A stretch of DNA of 61,280 nt from Phoronis australis. Its lineage: Eukaryota; Animalia; Phoronida. The DNA is taken from contig NMRA01000026.1 in the NCBI GenBank assembly GCA_002633005.1, forward strand, positions 977,934 through 1,039,213, given 5' to 3'. Numbering within the stretch: position 1 is the first letter of the stretch; each line of letters begins with the position of its first letter. The notes under the pieces were generated by a model. It was not told where the DNA came from. It saw only the letters and a list, made by a program, of their open reading frames with translations, and did not search any database. The position numbers and the translations under genes were made by a program. Of the stretch, positions 12,501 to 24,900 are shown piece by piece.

Positions 12501-15500
12501 GCTTCAGGTTGGAATTCAAGTCAAGGTAATTTCCCTCATGGTATTGGTCGTATTTTATGAATGAACTTATGGTAATTGGCAATTATTTTCTTGAAATAAT
12601 CTTGCAACAGGAGTGCCACAGCAGTGTACTACTACAAATTGGTGAGACCGAACAACATTTTATAACTACGATGAAATTTCACCAATTTGGGACAAAAACA
12701 TTGGCCAAATCTAACCTTTCTTCATTTCCCAAAGGTTTCTAAAAGAGTAGCCCATGCCCACGATTTCTCAGAATCATTGTCAGACAACATTAAGGGTTAC
12801 ATGATCGCAATTACAAAGCATTATTCTGTTTTTAAGTGATCTAGTGGTAGCCAATTACAAAAGGCTAAAACACGATTTTGTTATCTTTTTAAATAATTCT
12901 CAGAAAATGTAAAGCTAAAAATAGCATAATTAATCCTGGTCCGTAGTCACTAATTTTGAATCCTGTGACTCAAAGGCTGAAATCAGGTGGTGCCGGGTGA
13001 ACAAAAGAAAAGACAATTATTCAGGTGATGTCAGGTGATGATGAACGTAAAACAAAAAGAAGGATCCCAAAAACACAACATCCATTTTCAAAAAAAAAGA
13101 ACAATAAATGCTATCTTTTGCCCTGAAAACCTAGAGTTTCACCTGATGGTTTGTCCAACAACTGCCTGTATGCATACAGGAACAAACTGGGAACAGCCCA
13201 GGCTTCAAGACCCAACTTGTTACCAGCCGTGATGACTGGGCTCTTGTTGCACTCGGCCTCCAACACTGGGATAACATCAAACTCATCACTGAAAAGTGTA
13301 AGGTTAACATGTTACTATAAGTACGACAGTAATGATCAAAAGTGAGGTCAATTAAAGATGCAATGAACCGTTCCAACAAAGAAGTCTAAAGACTTATGAA
13401 GAACTGGCACTTAGTCAATACAATGTTCAATGCTATGCTCATCAGAAAATGACCATTGCAATAACGAAATATCACATTACGGCGTTTTCCAGTTGCTCCC
13501 AACTTGTTCGATTCTATAGCCCAACAAGTTGGGAAGTTTACCCCTGTAGCCAATATCTTACACGACTGATTAACTCCATTCTGGCATTTATGGTTGGAGG
13601 GTCAGCTCTCTTTTGTTCGATAATTGCTCTAATCTCCAATAAGATTGTATCTAGCCTGACTAGGCTGTGCTGTTAAAAATAAAAGTTAAGTTATAACGTA
13701 TTTGAACATAAACCAATAGCATTTCTGAAATCCTCGACAAATGGTGATCACGTCTAGTTTTTGAATCGCCAAAATTGCCCAACTGCAACCGAAGTTACGA
13801 CAACCTATATTCTTTCCGAATTCACCAATTCACTCTGAGTTTGACTGTGTTCACATATGTGGTCTGTAATAAGCCTGGTAGATAATTGGCCTGCCTGTTG
13901 TCATAACAGACAAAAGAGTGTGCTTGACAGTTAATAAAGAAGCTAGATGTTATCACACGCTCACAACCCTCTACGTTTGGCAAAGTCACTGAACGGGAAA
14001 ACGCCGACATGAGCTGTCTTCAAGCTCAGAAGTCACTACTTCTACTCCCAATAAAGGAACATTTTCAAACAAATTGGATTTAATGATAAATGGTCAGAAT
14101 TATTTTTGACACAAAAGTGGGTTAATAACAAGCTTCAACAAAGACATTCAGTTCAAGAGTAACCCCGAAAATGCAAAAATCTACCACAATTCTTCAGTTA
14201 TTTAGCACACAATATGGCAGACATTAAATTTCTCCAAAAAATAAAGATTGATAAAAGTCAAGTCTGTTACGATTATGCTTTGTACTGCGTAAGAGCCATT
14301 AAGCAATTTTTGGTAAATTTTTGTTCTGATTGCAGTCAAAGAGTCAGCTTTTGAAAAACAAAAATTTAAAATGACGATTTGTGAGAAATAATTAACTAGA
14401 GACTCCCCCCATGGATGTTTAATTAAAAGTGCTGATTAAGCAAAAAACTCAAATCTAAAATCATGAAAAGAACCCCACGTTGACACTCCCACCGGTCGGG
14501 ATTGGACTACGTACTCAACCAGTTTGCATACCTCAGAATCTGCATGCCGCCATTGACCAAAGACACCATATTGCCCCATGCAGCTGATGTTATTATTCTC
14601 TAGATAACCAGACTCACCATAAAAACAACGGGAGCTACAATAGTATTTTCAAATTTGCGTTTTGAAAGTTTGTAAATAGCATATTTCAATAGTTCATGAC
14701 TATTATACGATTTTGAATTTAACAAGAAATGTGACTTTGCAACCTTAATGTAGCCATATGTTCCTCATTAATTCTGTTGGATGTGCAACATAACTGGGTC
14801 AATTACCAAACCAACCCGGCAGCAGCTGATAAAGAGGTAAGCCAAGTATCATAGGAATAATTCTTGGCATGTAATTGCAGCTTTTCACCATTTTGGTTTT
14901 AAGTACATGTTGTCACTAAACTGACGAACTATGATTCCATTTAGAAATCCAATATGCAATCTAGCTAGCTATGGCCTGAAGCTCACTATGACTAAACTGC
15001 AATGGCTTCACTGCATGTCAACTTTGCCTGTGAAATGGCTTAAATTAGTAAAAATCTATACTGCTTGTTAGCAGGCAGTTAAATTGTTCTTTGGATTATC
15101 AGTTTGGACACTAGACTTTGATTCTGGGGGTCGCTAAATTGATTCCCGGCTCGATCAACCAAGAAAAAGTTTGACACACATTTGCGAAATACTGTGAAAC
15201 ACTGATACTCGTAGTATCTACTTTTGGTAAGTCAAGTAAACAGTCCCCTCTTCAAAATGGATGCTGGGAACCAAGCAGTTTTCACTCAAGATGAAAACTG
15301 TTGCTGGCAGACATTTTGTAGGACTCATTTTGATTTTTACTGGCTCTTCATGCAATGGGCAGTCAGCTGTACTAACTGTTCAGGACTGAATGAAACTCTA
15401 GGCACAAAAGAACATCATTGAGATTACTGAGAAGTTTCTTATGTACTTAAGACACAACCATCTACAACTGTGTTGTCCAGCATACCCATAATGTGACATA

Positions 15501-15743
15501 AGAATCGGATATATTTAGACATTTCCTTCTAACAGTAGAGCAGTCTGGGTTGCCAGTCTTTGGCATTGTGCTCAGAGCTCAGAGTTATTAATTCATTCTG
15601 CTATTTCAAATTCTGACCAAATTAAAATGATTCAAATGGTTCCAGCACATTTCTAAATCACTTTGAAACGCTTTGTTGAAATCTTGAAAGATTCTAGTCC
15701 CTCGGACGTCATCCCTTTCGGTAGTTTGTTCACCAGTGTTCAT
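9549..15743 (-). CDS. PTAR1: Protein prenyltransferase alpha subunit repeat-containing protein 1; exons 15743-15649, 13288-13143, 12396-12321, 12027-11923, 10703-10302, 9735-9549
   Basis: The spliced peptide MNTGEQ..RIFQDFNKAFQSDLEI-DEFDVIP..NKSPVITAGNKLGLEAW..-LLINSECYTVWNIR-K..LGKHPKSPETFTHR-KW..AAERYASNYSAWSHR..WVWMHVSDHSGFHYR..YPDHEALWYHR..SAHYLKWI matches PTAR1. Phases are consistent; the first donor (GTGCTG) is weak. Confidence 0.93.
11408..11651. repeat. Intronic inverted repeat (arms about 85 bp, spacer about 75 bp), MITE/foldback-like
   Basis: ggttccatgattggatgctagatggagctagcag...ctttaaacatgtcaggtactg is mirrored by cagtacctgacatgtttaaag...ctgctagctccatctaacatccaatcatggaacc. Confidence 0.85.
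13476..14010. repeat. Interspersed repeat of about 535 bp; inverted copy at 41285-41820
   Basis: The two segments are recognisably reverse-complementary throughout, and their spurious ORFs both read TLP.VEGCERV.TSS..NCQA.SFV.YDNRQANYLPGL.QTT. Confidence 0.85.
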
Positions 15744-15909
15744 GTCATTTTAATCTGTCCTCTGCTCTGGCTCTCGGCTCTCTGCAATTTTAGAAATTAG
15801 CAGCCACCAGGTGGCGCTTGTGTACTTGGTACGCCATCTGGTGTGTGATTTAGACAAGGCGCCTTTCGTTGAAAAGGGCTGTTTTATGTTCCTATTGAAA
15901 CACCGCTAA
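15744..15909. promoter_or_regulatory. Bidirectional promoter/5' UTR region shared by PTAR1 and MORF4L1, with CTCF-like motifs
   Basis: Divergent ATGs at 15743 (-) and 15910 (+). gccaccaggtggcgct at about 15803-15818 and acgccatctggtg at about 15830. Confidence 0.7.
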
Positions 15910-18900
15910 ATGGCCCCTAAAAACAAATTTCAAGACGGTAAGACATTCCTAAGCATTACTGGGTAACCATTACTGGATATGCTGTTCCCTTGAATTCATC
16001 TTTAGATCATTAGTTTTCGGAGTAAAGTGCCAATGGTCACTGCTCGAGTGAGTTGTCTGACTGTGTCTGTGACTCTGTGGTAAACAAAATCATGAGGTTG
16101 GCGGGTATCGAACACGGGTCGCTGGCTTGGGAACCGAGCGTTCAAGCCTTTCTGACAAGAGGTATTTACCACTTGGCTAGTGAATTATTCAGAAGGATTT
16201 TTACAATTGTAAAGGAAAGTTGGCCTTTCACATGTTCGTGCTGTCTGACGTGATTGTTGGATGGTAATTCCCAAAGTGTCTTACCTTACATCTTAGTTCC
16301 GTGGTCGAGCTCCGAGTCAATAGGTCTGTTTTAGTGTGCGATCTGGATGTTGAATGCGGCTCTGCATCCCAGCACGTGTATCGGCCACAGGGCCGCTTAA
16401 TTAATATTCATGTTGCGCCCTCATTGGCCATTACTGGCATATGGGCCGGACAGCCGACGTTGACAGTCTCTAAGATGAACAACAGTCGTCTCTCGATGTC
16501 GACAGAGGGCGCGCAGGGCAGAAGGCCAGCACAGCAGTGAGACAGGTCAAATAACGTCTCACTACACTGCTGCCGACTACCGTGACGTCTGCTAGTGGCA
16601 GTTTTGTTTTTTTTTGAGTCTGGCTTTATCTCCTAAACATTCTGCAAGATCTTTGTAATTTGACAAGTGCATTTCTATGAAGTTGAAAACAGATGGCGAT
16701 GACGTAAGGGCTTAATTATGCTGTTTCCTTAGCAGAAATTTTATTTTTTTCCGTTTTCCTCTTTGCCTTTGGTGTTTCATGATGGATTTTACAAAATTAG
16801 GCTGGAATTATATTAAAAAGGTGATGCCAATGTATTGTTTTCTGATAGATGTGACCCAATGTAATCCTCTTAGTGGTCATTTTATTCTTTCTGATTCTGT
16901 TTTGGTGCACCATCTCTTTATCTGCCAAACCGCTCTAAGAATGGTGTTTGAACTTTGAAGAACAGGACAGGTTCAACTATTGTGATGCCCCCCTATTTGG
17001 AGTTTGTTTTTGGCATCCGCAGCTGTTTCTGGTAAGCTCCTGCAGGATCTTTGCGGAATTTGGCAAGTGTATTTCTATGAATGTGACAACAGATGACGAC
17101 AAATTTTGGGTACTGGTTGGATATAGCGGTCCCTGATTTAGAGAACCAGGCAATTACTGAGTAACGGGCCGGTTATTTAGTGGGTGAAACTGGTTCTCTA
17201 AATCAGGGACCGCTATATCCAGTCAGTGCCAACTTTTGGTCGTATCTGGGTACCACTGTGTCCACTAGTGGCATTTTTATTTTTTATGATCTTGGCAGAT
17301 GTCTTCGTATTCAGGAGTATTGCTTCCTTACTATGTTCCCTCTAGAAGCTATTGTAAGTTTATTGTAGCATTGCTCCCTTTAGTGGGTCTGTTCAAAACA
17401 ATGATCACCCCCTTACATGGCTTGTATCTGCGCTATATGCATGCACACGGTGGAGCATATCAAATTGCTGCATTGCTGTTATTTCTTATATTACTGCCAT
17501 TCTAGCACTCTTGTAGTTTTCCCCCTACATGAATTTAGGATGTTTCGCGCTTGACTTTATCCAGTTGGTATTATTTGCTCTTTTGCAGGTGAACAGGTGT
17601 TGTGTTTTCATGGTCCACTACTTTATGAAGCTAAGGTGGGTTTATGTACTTCATTAGATATTTGTCTTGAAGTTTCAGCTGCTTCATATGTCCATAGATT
17701 ATGGCGGAAAATAGCAGAATTCGTCCTGGTCTTCATTTATTTTAAAAACTGATATGGGCATGTTGTATTTTGTTAGTTTTCCATATTTTCAACAAAAAAA
17801 AAACAAAAAGTCATCTGAGGCCTCCTGAAAAGGGCTGGGTGTCTTCTTCCTTTTTTGTGTGACCCAAGATCAGCTTTGTGGCTCAGGTTTTAAAAACAGC
17901 TATGTGCAAACCAGAATCAATTGTGCAACATTTGACTTGACATGTCTCCTCACATTAACTTAGCTCTTCCATTCTTCAGTATGAAGGAAAATTCACTTGA
18001 TATCCGTGAACTCTGTAGCATTGCTATTGTGCTGGCAACTGACAACTCATAAATGGCAGCTCTTGAATCCATTTCAGTTCCTCTAATTTTTAGTCACTGA
18101 CTAGAGTGTGTATCTACAAACTGCTACACCACTCTTTCCCAATGCCATGAGGGGGCAGCACTATAGATGTAGGCTGACTGTCTTCTCATTGGTTAGGGGC
18201 ATGAAGTAACATTGAATTATTCCGCTTGTTTTGAAGTTGAGAAATGCCTTAATTATTCCACTTGTTTTGAAGTTGAGAAATGCCTTTTTTGACTTGTGGT
18301 CGCTGCAGTGGTGATAGGCTAAGATGACGTAGTCCTCGTCATTGGGCGATCCATGGGCACTGGAAGTACCGAAGCGTCTTGAAAGCAAAGTTTTTTTACG
18401 ACTGACATCAAAATCGGGGCACGCTCACTGTGTCTTGAAGTAACATACTCTGCATCTTTTCTCTATGGTCACATTGTGAAGAGTGTTCCCATGAAGGCAA
18501 TGCGTTGTCATTCTGCTGTTTATTTTCAGTGCGTCAAGGCTGAGATTAAGGACAAAATCACTCGATATTTCGTGCATTACAGCGGTTGGAACAAAAGGTA
18601 AAGCATGGTGAACTATTTCAAGGGATATTATCGGTTTTACAACCGGGATAAGGGTTGGATAGGATAGACATCTTGAAGATATTACTTTAGTCCAGAGCTG
18701 TAAAACAACAAAATCCATTGTTTTTGGGTATTTTTTTCAAGTCACGAATTCTCAATGTTTTCTGCCAGCCATTTGCTGAAGTCCAGACTGGCAACTTTAT
18801 CACTTAAGATTAGCTCTGTCAACAAATTGCAGATTGTTAAGACTGCAACTCCGGGAATTCAGGTTCTAGGTTCTATTGGGATGGCCGTGTCTGGATAGAT

Positions 18901-21900
18901 AAAATATGGCTTCACATGGTGGGTGGCCTCAGGTAGAGCCTTCACACTTGCTCTAGTGTTTGGAGCAGAGTGTCAATAAAGGGGAATGTTACCATTTTGA
19001 AGGCATTTTTGACCGATTTGGTATATTTTACTTACTCTGAAAGGTATTTTGAACCTTTTTATACCTGATTCTTATTCTTCAAAGCAGAAGTTGTGAGCAA
19101 ATTGTAAAATTCATAGACTATTTTATTAAGTTCATTATCTATTATGGCATCATTGCTCAAGTCGAACGGCAAATGTGCTGGGACTGGTACTGAAAATCTA
19201 TCGATATCGCGGCCATTGAGCACAGTTGTGCAAATTTCTTCTCTACAAGTGTTTGGGTCTTTAAAGTAATTGCAACTGGGCTGTTGTTAATGTTTGTCGT
19301 CTTATTTCCAGTTGGGATGAGTGGGTGCCAGAGAACAGGATACTCAAGTTTAACGAGCAGGGTCTGCAGAAACAGAAAGAGCTGAAGCAAGCACATCTGT
19401 GAGTAAAGGTTTATGTAAACAGCATTATGTTGTTTGGTCAGATGACAGGTGGGACATCTGATCAGCTGTCTGAAGAATCTCACACCTGAATGCTCACCAC
19501 TTGTCTAATTTACCCTTTTATGTATTTTGATGTTCATCTCCATACAGCTAACTGGCTGGGTATAGGTACTGCTCTTATGGGGTTCCCATTTTACTAGGGT
19601 ACATTTGTCTAGTAAGGCTCTGAGTATGCTTGCAAATTACTTGCCTTCACATGTGTGATTTTAGATTGTGTGGTCTTGCGCGATCTCACTTTTCTCGCAG
19701 TAACTTGATGTTCTATGGAACACTACCCAGGTTCCTTCAAATGCTGGGTTTCTTTGTTATCTGACCAAATGTTTTGACGATCTGCATTTCAGTGCGTCAA
19801 AAAAGAAGGCAAAGAAGGACCGAGAAAAGGAGAAGGAAGAAAGGGAGAAAGAAAAGGCACAAGCGACGACATCTGGTGACAAACAGGATAAATCAAAGTC
19901 AAAGGAGAAAGGTTTGTATTAACATGAAGGTGAGATGGAGCACAGCCTGAGCTTGTATGTAAATGAAGATGCGAGGACTTCACACAGTGATCTCAAGCAA
20001 ACTAGATCAAAATCTAAATCCGTTTCTTTTATTGTTCATTCAGTATACTAATAAATACTGGCAAATAGTTTTTCAAGTTGGGTTGGATTCTGAAGGCTGT
20101 AGACCCTACACTCTTGACAACTTTCAGACTGCTTTTTGCAACCACTACCCTGATGGCATTCCACATTTCTTTTCAATGGACTATTTCATAGATTGTGGGC
20201 TGCTAAACTGAATCGGTCAATAGCCTTGTCCGGAAATCAAGTGGCAACGGCACTACTCGCTGTTTAGCCACAATGCTTCATTTCTGTTAGTCACTGTTTC
20301 TGCCTCGTTTCTGTTGTTAACTCAACGCCGGTTATTGCTCATTTCCAAGATGACAGATTTTTGCTCTCGCTTACTGCTCGTGCATGTGTGTTTGTTTTGT
20401 GATATTCTGTGTGTACAGTAAAATTTCGCCAATTTTGGAAAAAATAACTGCCTAAATTTCCATTCTTTCATTTTTCAATGGACTCTAGCTCTGTAGTTGT
20501 ATATGTATACAGTTTTGCAAAATACTGTCTCCTGGTAGCTCTGGTACAGAATTTGAACACGGGAAAGCATTCATTTGGGGATGCATAGCTTTCAAGAAAA
20601 CACACAAGAAATGAAATTTCACTTAATTATTGTTTCTCAAATTGATGAGATTTTACTGTGTTTCTTAGTTCATCAGCTTACTTCAGTCTGTGCTTGTTAT
20701 CCAGTCTTTTATACTGTCCATGCTTTTCATTCCTCATCTTCGTCCTCGCTGAACCGGCACCAGTCATCTGCGGCCTCGCTGACCTGGCATCGGGCCGGCT
20801 ACATTAAGGTGCTTGTGCTGATTTTCTAGCTGGTCGCGAAACGCAGCCTGTTGAACCGGAAGAAGTTGTCCCCCCTGTGACTGAAGTGCGGGATCGTGCT
20901 GCGAGGCGGTCTAACAAAGGTGAAACTTGATATGTCTGTAATCGCCAGATGCCTTGTGCTTGGTTGTCACTGCTCTTCTGCAGTCTATATCTAAGAATGA
21001 CCTGGCTTCAGTTCTCATTATGAAATCTTGATTGAGAAGTGATTATCTGCCATTGAGTCAGATGGTAACTATAGAAAGTGTGGTAGAACTTCTATCTTTC
21101 AATAACAACTTATTCATCTGGAACAGTGAATTTCATCTAGAGTGACTGCCGTACAGCTCCCTCTCACAAAATTCCTAAGGTTTCACTTTAATTTAAACGT
21201 TCATCCTCAGCTTACTGACCACCCTGCCCCGTGTCGTTGTGAACATTTGCCTCACTCAAATTTTATCTCCCATAATGTACAAAACTTGCTTTGAAAAACA
21301 AAAATGGAGTCTCGTTTTACACCTATGCTGCTATTTTTCCCTTCAACGTCTCCGAAATTTTGTTTTTAAGCGCCCATGCTTGCTATAACGATCACTAGTA
21401 AGTCCTGATTTTTAGTTTCCCAATTTGTGTGTCCTGGGAGTTATCCCAGGCGAGAACAGTCTCACATCAGGGCACATTAACACAACGTTTCAGTGGCGAT
21501 TCTTGTTCTGGTTTCATTTTGTTTTTACTGAAGAACTAATTCAAGTATTGGATAAGAGTTAACTCTTCTCGTTATTCATGACCACATTATGTCCGTGTGG
21601 ACCTTAAGTGGCTCCTTTTGGTGTTTTACGCCATTCAAAACTTTTGTTTTCTTATATACAGAAGTGTCATGTATCTTGTTCTCTGAAAGCATCCTCACCT
21701 CAATGTTCCCATTCATTACATTATTACCAGAATACAAAGCCTAATTTTTTAACAATGATCTTTCAATGTCAGAATTTTAGAGCTTTACATTGCTTAACAC
21801 GAGTCCTGCATGCTGCTCAGTATAGATTGTTTTGTGGTCCATCTCTATGCTTTGTCATCATCCCTGAATGTCCACTTAGCTTGTGTTCCTCCATTTCTGT

Positions 21901-24900
21901 CTGCAGGTGTGGTGGCAGAGAAGGAGGCGGAGCCTGCTGCCAAGAAGAAGAGGACTCGTGCTGATGCCACTGTTGAGCAGGTAAGCTGTGATTGGCCTCA
22001 GCAATATTGTGGAGTTGTGTGTCGGGTCGATTTATTTTGTGGTCGTATATGCGTAAGTTGTCGATTAAGCAATTTTTATGAACCTGAAGGCTCAAAACAC
22101 CTTTATCATTTTTTTCAGTCTAGGTCAGAAGCGTCTAACTTTGGCGATGTTCTCGTCAGTGGAGAGTTCAAATAACTAAAATTCGTTTGTGATTTTCTCA
22201 TCAGTGGAGAGTTCTAAAAATTGGTTAGCATATTTGAAAGTGTGTATGTCTGCACTGACGGTTCTTTGTATAATGCTAGTAAGAGTTTGTACAATCATTG
22301 AAGTTGTGCCACTCATTGATAACTGTCTCCACATGCTTAACAAATGACTCATCTTCAAAGTGGTCAAATTCGTCCAAAATGAACACACGGAAATCCTAAC
22401 TGGTTGCCACAATAAATCATAAGAGGTCTTGGAGAACACAGTTTGGAGTTACGCCTATCACTGTAGAATTAACTTCAACTTGTTTTTTTCTTGTCTTTGC
22501 TATAAGTTAGTGTTTTATTCTTTAGAACTCGACTCCATAATTTGGCTTGACAAGGCTACTATGCGTCTGTAAATCCGGTGTATGGAATACTCTGCAACTT
22601 GTCTCTGATTTGAAAATCTTTCGATTACTGTCACTTACAGGCTTTTGTTCGACCTGTAGGTGCTGCCATTTTGAATGCAGATTACTTGGCTCTGAACATA
22701 CAGAGATTTCTGTTTTAGGAAGAAACATTTATCAACAGATTAGAGGTGAGAATCAAACTGCCAGATGACCTCAAGCCCTGGCTAGTGGATGACTGGGACT
22801 TGGTCACTCGTCAAAAGCAGGTAGTGTATACAAACGTGTGTTTCACTACCTTAAAAGTCCTTTCTATGGACCTGCAGATCACATTGTAATGTTCATTTTT
22901 GTCCATGTTTTCTTTTGCTTGCCTGTTGATTATCATTGCAAGCCACTTTGTGACTCTTGATGACTCATGATATTTGACACCTGTCCAGCTTTTGTAACAG
23001 GTTGTCACCTGCTGAGGTTTGAAGCTGTGTTGCTATTGCAGCACCTCCTTTGGGGATGAACCAACACTATTTGATGTTCACAGTATTTAAGTCTTGAAAA
23101 GGTTGTCCCATTGGTTGATTGCTTTCAAAGTGGCTTCAGTTATTTCAATGAACATTGAAACAGATGGAGAGGGCCTGACTCGAGTTAATTTTCAGACCAA
23201 CTCGACCATATTAACATACTGGAGTCATTATTTCCATTCACATTTTCTTCTCTGTGCATCATTTTACAAACATCACCACATAATTTTATGAAATTGTTAT
23301 TTGCTGGAAGGAAGAGTACCTTCAGTGTTTTAGCCCATTTTGACATTCTTGGAATTCCTGCGATGGGAGGTCATTCTAGTTTCAGCTTCAAGTTCGTTCG
23401 TCTCAGTGATTTCCAAACGCAAATTTTGTGCCCGTGGGGACCATGGTAGGAGTAAGCTCTTTACGCTACCACATGTATGATTTACGCTCTCGTGTTTCAG
23501 CTTTCAACTGAAGTGTGTCACATGTTCCCGACATACCTCCACATCAGTGGTTAGAGTGCCGGACTCGCATTGGTGAGATCCCGGCTTTGATTTCTATCTC
23601 GAGACAGGCATTTTTTTTCAAATTGGCAAGACAGTAAAGCCTAAGGGCTGTTCCAGTAAAATCTGTATGGGAAGGGGGGAAGGCACCTTTTTTTCGCACC
23701 CACCACCCATATTTTTCATTTATTTCTTCAGCCTACCACCCGTAATTTTTTATATAAGTTTGAAATGCAACCACCCGTAATTTTTTTTTGTTCTTGTGGT
23801 TGACTGCACAGGCGCTTGAGTTTATCTGTTCCTCCATCACTCTAACGTCATTCATTACTAAGAAAACATGTTTCTTATATATGGTTATTAACCATCAAGA
23901 AATTCGAGCACCTGTGGTTAAATGGTGTTATGGGCATGCCGATGAGGAGATCGGAGGGAGTGAAAAAGTCGGAGCTTTTTGCAAGTTGCATTTTTGTTTC
24001 AGTCTTTGATTCTGTGCGGATTGTTTATAAAATTTACTAAAATTACCCACCATCAAACATTTATGGCCCAATGAAACAACAACGACCTGTAAATTTTTAT
24101 TTTTTTGAAGTACGACCACCAGCCATTTTGAATTTAAATCAAACGCAACCACCCATAATTTTTTATTTCAGTTGCCTTCCCCCCCTCCCACACAGATTTT
24201 GCTGGAACAGCCCTAATATTAAATTGAATGAAATACTAATTGTGAATGAGTTTTCAACCATTGTCTTAAATTTGTACATTGTCTTTCAGCTGGTGAATGT
24301 TCCTTGCAAGAAGACAGTTGATGATATTCTGGATGAATATGTCAAACAAAGGCTAGCTAAAGACAAACACATAAACAGGTATTTCCATCTGGGAAGCTTT
24401 GTTTTACAAACTGCTCAAAACAGTTGAGTATCATTCTTTACCACGATAATTAAAAATTCGGTGACCATTTTGCAATATGAGATCTTTTTATTCACCAGGT
24501 GGCGCTAGCGAATAAAGGTTCATGTTTTTAAAACATAAATAAATTGATACAGCATAAAAGAATCTGTTATCCTGAAAGTCTCATGTGACCATCTGAATGC
24601 ATTCATTTCAATTTACTCTTAGGACTAGCCACACGCGTGCCATTTAATATATTTAAAGGTGCCCAAGCAATGGATGAGATTCTATTTCTGAACTACTAGA
24701 TTGCTGAGAAGGATTACAACGTAACTTACTTAGACGTCCTACTGTCAATTTCTCTAGTAGCGTATTGAGGCAGTTCTTCTTCAGCGTTCCCGGCCATATA
24801 GTGTAGATGGTCAGTCTGGTCTTCTGGGCAGTTTGTGGTTTGCCACAATGATGCTGTCGGGCCACACAGTTTTACGTTGAGTTCCACTGAACTGGGCCAT

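Noticed and set aside
14532-14580. Possible alternative PTAR1 first exon (ATG...CTGAG|GTATGC, phase 2)
   Set aside because: The peptide shows no PTAR1 similarity, whereas 15743-15649 does; no other support.
18215-18290. 36-bp direct duplication (a similar one lies at about 25024-25104)
   Set aside because: Ordinary local slippage in introns.
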